NCBI GenBank assembly: GCA_002245135.1
Contig: NGBS01000583.1
Span: 434,001 to 498,000 of the forward strand
Direction: 5' to 3'
Length of the DNA stretch: 64,000 bases
Source: Proteromonas lacertae
Taxonomy: Eukaryota
Shown here: piece by piece, positions 54,986-64,000 of the stretch
Position numbering within the stretch: the stretch's first letter is position 1
Layout: each line of letters begins with the position of its first letter
Position numbers and translations under genes: made by a program
The notes under the pieces: generated by a model
Seen by the model: the letters and a program-made list of their open reading frames with translations, nothing else
What the model was told of the DNA's origin: nothing
Databases searched by the model: none

Positions 54986-56009
54986 GAAATATCTTGATTA
55001 CTACAAAAAAGTCTAAACACCAAATGTTTGTCGGTATTTTGTCTTAAGGAGCTTACAGTAAGTTTAATAAATAATCAGAACTGTTTAAACGATGAAGGGA
55101 ATCTACTGAGTGACAATATAATGCAAATGAAAATTAACTAAATTTTTATGCCCTTTCATTAAGCAAAAGATATTATCGGTTTAAGTTTAATATTACTGTT
55201 TTTGGCGTTGTTGATAAGCTGGGTCACCAACATTTATCATAAAACACATTGATAGTACATAATATATCAATAAATGGAAGCATTATGAAATTAAAAATAT
55301 TAAGAAATGAGTCAATGTAATACATTGAAATATATAAGATATTAAAAACCAGTAGAATAGGCTGTTATGAACATTTTATGATTTACTCTTATAACTTTTA
55401 CCAGATAACAGCACCTAAAACAATATTCACTTTTCATTAATAATATAAGCCTACATGTCGCTCAAAGCACAAAATACCAAATAAATTTGATTATGTTTGA
55501 TTAAAAGCTTGATTTTTAAAATATTTTTTGTTTTTTTAGATTTTTTGAATGAGTTTTTAAAGAATGTAGTGGATGTCTTCTAATTAAACTCCATGATTTA
55601 CATCCATTATGAAAAATAAAATCCATATTAAAACGGTTTTTCTATACTAGTGGAATTACTTCTTATATAAATATAAACTTATGAGCAAAGTAGCTTAACA
55701 CTATATGACACAAACAAAAAATCGTATTATATATAATGGAATAAATTATGAAAAATCTTCTGCAGCTAAGATTGTTGAGGTGATTATTATCAAACTATAC
55801 TTAATAATACGGGAATATAAGTTATAAAAAACTAATAATATTTCGAACATTTCAGATCAAAGTGCATTTATATCATATAAACTATAAATGAGCTCTATTG
55901 AGTCGTATATCTTATAATTATAAATAAAAACTTCAAAAAATCTTATTGTTAATGTTTTTGATGAAAAATAAATTACTGTAAAATTAATTTATTGATTTTA
56001 AATTATTGT

Positions 56010-56580
56010 ATGAACAAAGTTTCAAATATTTATTTTATACTAATACTTATGACAGTTAAAGCTTTGTCTACCGTATCAAATAAAAAAAATGAGATTAAAA
56101 CTAACACATCACCTCCAATTGCTGTGACAGAAGTAGAAACAAATGATTGGGGTATAATTAAAATAATCATTCTTAAAAATAATAGAATTAACTTTTAGAA
56201 ACATCACAGTATATGATAGTGAAGCTGTGTCAGTTTATGTTAGTGCAAGTGATGTTGAAGCATGTAAAAGAGATAAAGGATCAATGGATTTATTTTGTGG
56301 TGTTTCTGAAGTTATTCCTTCGAAAGGTGCATCAATTAAATATGAAAAACAAATCAACTTCAGATGTTCTGAGATTATGTTTAACTGTACAGACATACCT
56401 TTATCTCAAATGTTCTTATTCTGTGTAGTAAAAGTTGGAGAAGAAGTATATAAATTCAAATATATTGATTTGTTTAAAGAAATAACAGGTGTTCCACATT
56501 GGGTAATATGGAGTGTAATTGCATTGCAGTGTTTATTTATTGTGAGTAGTTTCTGTTGGTGTTGTTGTAAAAGCAAATAA
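56010..56580 (+). CDS. Novel single-pass membrane protein, tandem paralog 1
   Basis: Signal peptide, VETNDW|ELTF (intron 56152-56185), YIDLFKEITGVPHWVIW + TM + CWCCCKSK. Confidence 0.75.
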
Positions 56581-57046
56581 TAAATATAAGCATAGTATAA
56601 TGTAATTTATATATATCTTAATATAAATTTGTATGTTGCTTGACTGAATGATTAATGATTTTGTAGAAAAACTTACCATTAAATAAAATTGACTACTATC
56701 AGAATTATTATAATAGAACACTTGTAAAAACACTATTACATCTGAATGGACTATATGATTGGCTATTAATCTTGGTTTGTGTTAATTGTTGTCAATAGCA
56801 AAGAAAGAGTTAGTGGGTTAATAATTATTTATAATTGTATAGATATTGATGTTTAATTATAATTTTTGTAGGTAACATTCACTGAACAGACAATTAAAGA
56901 ATGATTATGCATTTATAATAATTTTTATGTACTGATGAATGATATTGTGTATACTACAGCGATATGATATAATTATTTCTCACGATATACTTCTCTTTTA
57001 AATCAAAAAATAGTGTAAAACAGTTTTTTATTATTTGCTCTTTTAA

Positions 57047-57644
57047 ATGAATATAATTTCTTTGGTTTGTTTAATTATGATAATTTTAACAGTTAGCGCT
57101 GCATCTATTGTATCAGATAAAAAGAATTTACATTTGACACAAAAATCACCAAAATTAAAAGAAAATGATGTAGAAACAAATGAATGGGGTATAAATGAAA
57201 CTTATTTTTGTTATAATAATAGAATTAACTTTTAAAAATCTTACAATACATGGTTATCATTATATCACTACAATTGTAGCTCCATCAAATTATAAAGCAT
57301 GTCTAAGAGAAAAGAGACCAATGAGATTATATTGCATAACTAGTTCAACTATTCCTACAGAAAAAGGTACATTCGATCGTTACAACGATAAAGATTTCAA
57401 ATGTTATGATATATTTTATAATGTGAGTAGTATGTCATATTCTCCTATGTTCTTCGCTTGTGCTATAAGAGTAACAGCATATCATGATGGTTCTTACGGT
57501 GAGGAAGTTATCCAATTGAAATATATTGACTTATTTAAAGAATTAACAGGTGTTCCTCATTGGGCAATATGGAGTGGAATTGCTTTAGAATCTCTGTTTG
57601 TTGTTTGTAGTTGTTGGTGGTGTTGTTGCAAAAGTAATCAATAA
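57047..57644 (+). CDS. Novel single-pass membrane protein, tandem paralog 2
   Basis: Signal peptide, VETNEW|ELTF (intron 57189-57222), YIDLFKELTGVPHWAIW + TM + CWWCCCKSNQ. Confidence 0.75.
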
Positions 57645-57850
57645 CTTTATTTAATTCTTCATACTATAATATAATTTATTTTATTCGATTTGACTGTTGT
57701 TTGAGTGAATGATTAAAGATGTTGAACTAGATTAATTTATAAAATACAGTAATATGTATACTAGGCATTGTTATCATTTTATTATTAATAATGTGATATT
57801 TTATATGTCCAACTTTAAAAAAACACTTTTCTGTCAGTTACACATTTGAA

Positions 57851-58433
57851 ATGATTAATTATCGAATATATCTGTTGCTAGCCATTATCACTCCATTTAT
57901 ATCTGCTAGAATACCTAACAGAAACTTAACTGAGTCAAATATTAGAGAGTTAAGTGGTGATTGGGGTATTACTTTTATATATTGATGTGATAGAATTAAA
58001 TTTGGATAATTTGAAATTCGGCTTTGAAGATAATAAGATTATTGTAGGAGGAGCAGTGACAACAACAAATAGTGTTGAATGTATAAAAGATTTAGGGAAA
58101 TTATCTGGTACTATGCAGTGTATAGTTGTAGCAGTTGCTCCTCTTCCTACTTATTTTGATTATGACAAATCAATTACTGGTTTTGCTTGTAGTGGTTTAA
58201 AATTAGGTTATTATGAATCAAGTCTTCCTATGTATTTTGCTTGTGCTGTTTTTGATAAAGATAAAAAGGTATATAAGTGGAAATCACGTGATTTGTTCAA
58301 AGAAAAGACAGGCTGTCCAGTATGGGTAATATGGTTAGTTATTACTCTTGGTTGTGTGTTTGTTGTTGTGTTATGTAGTTGGTGTTGCTGTAAGTGTTGT
58401 TGTGGCAAAAAAAGAAAGAGAGGATGTTGTTAA
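57851..58433 (+). CDS. Novel single-pass membrane protein, tandem paralog 3
   Basis: ATG 57851, SGDW|ELNL with the same intron position, DLFKEKTGCPVWVIW + TM + CSWCCCKCCCGKKRKRGCC. Confidence 0.75.
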
Positions 58434-58524
58434 TTACAATTTATAATTGTATGTTTATTATAATGATATTGCTTGATTATAGTAAAAAACAATAATAAAC
58501 ATTTATATCAACTTTCAATTAATT

Positions 58525-60695
58525 TTATGATACATTCTTAACTGCTCTTCCTAACTCAATATTTCTACATCTCTCAGCAAATTGCAATGAAGATAATGTT
58601 TCAGATACATTATAAGGAGAAGGACTTATATTCACAAACATCAACACTTTAGAATGTTTACTCAATGAATCTTGTAATAAATGAGTCAATTTCACATTTC
58701 TATAAGGAATATGTTTATCTTTAGCACCTAATGCTTTCATCACATCACCTAATGCACTCAATGATTTGTTAATAGCTTGAGCTTCTTTCAATCTATCACC
58801 AGTAGCACCAGTTTTACCAGCTCTTTCAGAACCAGCTAAATCAACCATATTAATAACACTTCTGATCTTTTGTTTTGAATGATTATTAAATCCTTCTATA
58901 TATATAGTCACAATTAAATGACTTCTAGATGAATGCTCATTAAGATTATGACAGCCAACGCTTCGATTATCTTGAGATTTCTTCAATATTCCAATAACTT
59001 CAACATATGTATTGACTTCTTTCTTCAATAATCCTTCCACAAAGTTACCATCAGGACCTTGACGTATTTGTAAACCACCAGCACCATCTGTACCTCTTTG
59101 TCCTTTCAATAAATCATTAATTGTTTCATTGTAGATTTCTAATACACTTACACTTAATTTATATTCATTATTTTGATCATTGTGTATTGTTTCAAATAAC
59201 AAGTTTAAAGCTTTGAAATTAACACCAGGATTATCATCTGGTCCTTGCATAGTGAATGTCTTACCACTTCCAGTTTGACCATAGGCAAATATACAGATAT
59301 TATATCCATCTAAAGCTGAGGTAATAAATGGAGAAACTTGCTCAAATACTTGTTCTTGAGTTGATTCTGGTGGAAAAACAGCATCAAATTCAAATGTATA
59401 TAAGAAATCAGCTTTCTATAAATAAAATAAAATATAAATATAAATATATATAAAATGTACGTTGATAATAATCTTTTCAGTATCATCTTTAGGAAATGAA
59501 GCAGCAGATTGTCCTCTTCCCATTTCTGATTTACTAAGTGGACGACTTCTACAAAATACTCGAATATTACCTTTTAATTCAATAATTTCATTATGTAATT
59601 TCTTTCTCAGTTCATGTTCTTTGATATATAATTCTTCCATTTCCTTTAATCTTGATTCCATTGCACTGTTTTGTTGTATAATAGTTTGCTTTTTGATTTC
59701 TTCAATCTTCTCATCAATATTGCCTTGAGAATCTTTCAAATCATTATTCAACTTCTCAATTTGTGTATTTAATTGTTTTATTTGATCATTCAGTTTCTTT
59801 ATTTGTAATTTATATTTGTTTAATTCTACTGTATGCTTTTTGCTTAATTCATCTAATGCTTGCTGTTTTTCTATTGCTGCTGTTTCTAAGGCTTTTGATA
59901 TTTCTTCTTTGTTAGTATCTTGCTTGGAAATTAATGCACATTTATCTTCGAAATCTTTCATTAATTTCTTCTTTTCTTCTTCAAATTCTTTCTTTAATTC
60001 ATCTTTTTCTGCTTTATATTTCTCTTTAGCAGTTTCTGCATCTTTCATCATCTTTTTTATCTTTAAATTTCTTACATTTACATCTTTTTGTACATTTGCA
60101 AATTCTGTCTTAGATTTTTCATTTTCACTTTTTAATTTTTCAATTTCTTCCTGTAATTCTTTCTCTCTTTCTGGTTTGATGGTATTAACTTTCAATACAT
60201 TCAATTCAGTGAAATATTTGGATATTGTTTCATCTCTATTTCTCAATTCATCAGTCTGCTTTTCTTCTAATCTTTCTAATTCTTCTTCATGTTTTCTTTC
60301 TATTCAAGCAATAAATAAGTAATATATAAATATACGAGCTTCTTGAATAGCTTTCTTATATCTTTCAACTTCAGTCTGTAATCTCTGAATCTTCTTCTTC
60401 ATTTTAGCATCATCATTCTTATTCTTAGTAGGTGATTGTGGTTCAGCTGGTGGTTGTACTTGATAAGTAGTAATAGGACATGCAAAGTAGTCACTACATC
60501 TTGGATCACTGAATGAATATGCATTTGTCTCAACACATTGATAATATTGTTTACCATTATTATCTGTTAATGTCTTATATGTATACCATTGTTCTTCACC
60601 TTGTGGTTGTGCGTAGAATTCAGATGGTGCTCTAGGATGATTGGCTGTTAGATAATAACCCCATTGTACACCTTGATAATCAAATACATCTATTA

Positions 60696-60727
<32 letters not shown>

Positions 60728-61964
60728 TATATATACTGGTTGGTAATTCTTGGAATTCTGATTGACTAATACCTGGAGCAGATGGTGTAGTTGGTGTATT
60801 AGCAGCTATAATAATAATAATAATAATAATATATACTTTCATTGAAGAATGAACTTTGTGCTAATATATCCATTGATCTTCTATATCCATTCTCTTGAGC
60901 TAATTCATAAGGAGTTTTATTTGCATAATTTCTAATATCAGCATCAGCATCATTATCATTTAACAATATAATAATTGAATCACAATCACTTCTAGCAGCA
61001 TAATGTAATGGTGTATCACCTTGATCATCTTGAGCGTTGATTGCATAAGTATTTTTATTCAGTCTACTTAATATATAATGAGCCATTTCTATACATTTAT
61101 ATTAATAATAATATATTCATATATGTATATATATACGATAAGAGCTTGGTGATTGACAGGCTAAATGCAATGGAGTAACTTGATGTGCATTTTTCACTGT
61201 CAAATTTGCATTTCCTTCTTCCACTAATATCTTCAAAATATCTAACAGATTTCTCATTGCACAAGCATGTACTGGATAATCACCATCAGGATCTGCACGA
61301 TTCACAATATTCTTATCAGTTATTTGACTTAATAATAACTTTACTATTTTATCTCTCTTTTTCATTACTGCTACTTGTAAACAGTTATAATCTATTCCTG
61401 GAGATGGATCAATATCTGCACCATTGTCTAGTAAATATTCAGCTAAATCATAATGACCCTCATCACAGGCTATTCTTAAGGGAGTTTCATGAGTTTGAGG
61501 ATCTTCAATGTTGACTGGACAACCATCATCTATACATTTCTTCACTGCATCCATATCATTTAAGTGACAATATTGTGACATGTAATGTTCCCAATATTCT
61601 TCAGTTCCACTCTCATAATCTTCTTCACTTTCAGCTCCATCATCAGCATTTGCTTCGTTTATTACTGGTTGGGCTGCTTGATTAGTACAGGTAACTTTGG
61701 GAGCTGGATCTTTTCCATTACCGACTACTTTCCAAGATTCTGTAGGAGGAGTAGTATCTCCTAATAATCCATCAGCTGTATAATATGCGCTTCCTGCATC
61801 ACAAATATTCCATTTTCCAGTGGCTTCTTGGCATAATTGAAAACCATATGGTCCAATAAATGTAATAAGAGGACTTTCTTTTTTTCTAATACAAGATAAA
61901 AAATATTATACTTGTAGACACCATTTAAAATGCCTATACCTGCATCAGACACAATACACTCCAT
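58525..61964 (-). CDS. Kinesin-14 (C-terminal motor) with an N-terminal beta domain, ankyrin repeats, a WW-like motif and a coiled coil
   Basis: One frame across six GT-AG introns; ankyrin GDTPLHYAA; neck RKKLHNEIIELKGNIRVFCR; motor FAYGQTGSGKTFTM, NEHSSRSH, VDLAGSER, HIPYRN. Confidence 0.85.
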
Positions 61965-62558
61965 TGATTAGTTTTAGTTTAATGTAAGTAGGATATTAAT
62001 AAAAATAAAGAAATATTTAATTCAAAAATGCAATAATATGTACTATTTCTAGTAATGCAAATATCTGGGTTAAAAAATCCCAAATTATTTTGAAATAAGT
62101 ACGTTTTTTTTTAATTCATTTTTCTTGATTTCCATTTGGAATACGATGAGATCATACCAATGTATGTGATAATATTGTTGGTATGAATATCTAGTTTATT
62201 AATATTGGTTTTAATTATCATTCAAACAAATTATAGACGAGTATTATGTAAAAAAGCTACTGTACTATTTTTTCTTTACAGAATGCATTATGATGTTAAG
62301 CTAAACATTTGTTATCTTTTTTAGTAATTAATTAACGAAATAGTGTAAGTACTGTACTTTTATGCAGTTTTCATTTCAAGTGTCTCTATTATTTGGATTT
62401 GTATCTGAATAACATTGTTAAATTTCTATCCATGTACATCCATTCTATCTTTAGAAAATTCAAAACAAAGAATCAAGCTTTTGCTTGATAATTATTCTAA
62501 GATTTTGTTCTTTTAGTAAAAAGAAAACAGATACTAAATTTGTAATTTATTATTCTAA

Positions 62559-63159
62559 ATGTCAGATACATGTCCTATATGCATTCAAGAGTTTGAAGTA
62601 AACGAACAAGGAATTTATAAAACTGCATGTGGTCATAGATTTCATGTTGGTTGTTTTGGTCAGTATTGTTTTATGGTCACCATTATAAATACATAGATTA
62701 TTAAAACATTCAACCTTATGTCCATTATGTCGAGCAAAGCTAGTTGTTACTTCAAGAGGTGCTGAAGATATGTAAGTTTTGCTGATTATTAAAATGAATA
62801 GATTTAATTCGATAGGAGACTTTGATTTTTTTATTGAAGATTTAGAAGTAAATAGTAATGCAATGATACTGCTAGAAACATTATCATATAATATATACAA
62901 TGTTGTGCATGTTGCTGATATTATTGCATTCTATGCCTATATAAAAGAAAAAATAAAAGAAATGTATGTTGATATAGATGTAAATATACATATGTATAGG
63001 ACTTGTACTATACTGTTGTGGTGGAATGAAAACTTTAATATTAGTATAAAGTATTAATACTATTATGAATTAGACTTATTTTCTCACTTACCGAAATTCT
63101 TATTTGGTGATAAAGACGAACCAGATGATTTGTTAAATAATGAACATAAAGAAGATTGA
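62559..63159 (+). CDS. RING-H2 finger protein
   Basis: MSDTCPICIQEF...TACGHRFHVGCFGQLLKHSTLCPLCR across a GT-AG intron. Confidence 0.8.
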
Positions 63160-63377
63160 AAATTTATAATTGTATAATAGAAATATTTTAATCTATATAA
63201 ATTTAAATAAAATGTACATTTATATTTCTTATTGTTGTAATGGATATTCTATAATAATAGAAAAATAAATTAAAGGAATTAAATCACTTTTAAAAGAAGA
63301 GATTTTGAATTTTTTAAAATAACTACTTTCAAGCCAAAAGGTTTGATCAACATCAGTTTTTTTTAAATTTTGAATTA

Positions 63378-64000
63378 ATGTTTAAGTCAGCTAGAAATTT
63401 TTGGAGAAGAATTACAGGCAGAGATAAAAAGGATGCCACTATATTATTGGTTGGATTAGATAATGCAGGTAAAACAACAATAATTAATTCTTTGAAAGGA
63501 AGTATTGATTTAATTATGAGTAATATTGTTATAGTTTTGGATGAAGAAGTTGTACCAACTGTTGGAATGACAAGACCTATTGATTTGAAACTAAAGAAAT
63601 ACAACGTTTCTTGTCTTGATCTTGGAGGACATGTTAATTTCAGAGCTGTGTGGGCAAAATATTATGACCAAGTATTGAATCTTTGAGATTATTAACTAAT
63701 TTGTTATAGATGCATGCTGTGATATTTGTTATTGATGCTGCTGATCAAAGTCGATTGAATGAAATGATGGATGAGTTTAAGAAATGTTCAACACATCCAG
63801 GCATTTCAGGAAAACCATTTTTAATTTTTGCCAATAAACAAGATTTACCAACCGCTTTATCAGAAGTAGAATTAGCCACTAAGTTGAATCTTCCATCATT
63901 AGATACATGCTCACATAATATAATGAAATGTATTGCAAAAGCATCAGCAAATGGTGGAAAAGTTGATCCAACATTACAAAACGGATTATTATGGATTATT
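63378..64000 (+). CDS. ARL13: Ciliary Arf-like GTPase ARL13; runs off the window end
   Basis: ILLVGLDNAGKTT, VPTVG, DLGGH (lacks the catalytic Gln of DxxGQ, as ARL13 does), HPGISGKPFLIFANKQD, GLLWI. Confidence 0.8.

Noticed and set aside
55148..55210. ATGCC...TAAGCAAAA resembling the U12 snRNA 5' end
   Set aside because: Spacing is too short, pairing to the observed branch point is poor, and there is no proper Sm site.
59462..60322. Long plus-strand ORFs (59462-59728, 59816-60322) and similar antisense ORFs elsewhere
   Set aside because: Antisense shadows of Lys/Glu-rich coding sequence, giving Phe/Ser/Leu-rich translations with no motifs.

Overview
AT-rich, gene-dense eukaryotic nuclear DNA. 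About 34 protein-coding genes can be reconstructed in the standard code (TAA, TAG and TGA all act as stops). They are split by roughly 125 introns by hand count, mostly tiny (about 25-38 nt) GT-AG introns, which is why the ORF track is fragmented. Ciliary genes (ZMYND10, CFAP119-like, IFT22, ARL13) point to a flagellated protist; the intron size, AT content and gene set would fit an opalozoan stramenopile such as Proteromonas (inference only). Other recognisable genes: a voltage-gated Ca/Na channel, TTC13/SRFR1, TBCA, TIP41, HIRA, NDUFB2, REV3, UBA5, DKC1, RBBP4/MSI1, a NEDD8-like Ubl, a PUF protein and a kinesin-14. The main finding is a second intron class. Three genes (7TM-RGS, TTC13, UBA5) stay in frame only if a 62-67 nt AT-AC intron is removed, and all three share a non-canonical U12-type signature: ATATC(T/A)TTT ... 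TTTC(T)TTAAT, followed by 11-12 nt ending in TTTAC. This suggests an active, divergent and possibly enriched minor spliceosome. The window also holds unusual domain architectures (Cache-like/7TM/RGS, PDZ-PA-PA-J, ankyrin-WW-kinesin-14, Ig-like/FAMeT-like surface protein), a tandem trio of novel membrane proteins and very compact head-to-head promoters. Scattered 1-nt frameshifts are most likely assembly errors. All calls come from manual reading and remembered family motifs; no database searches were run.
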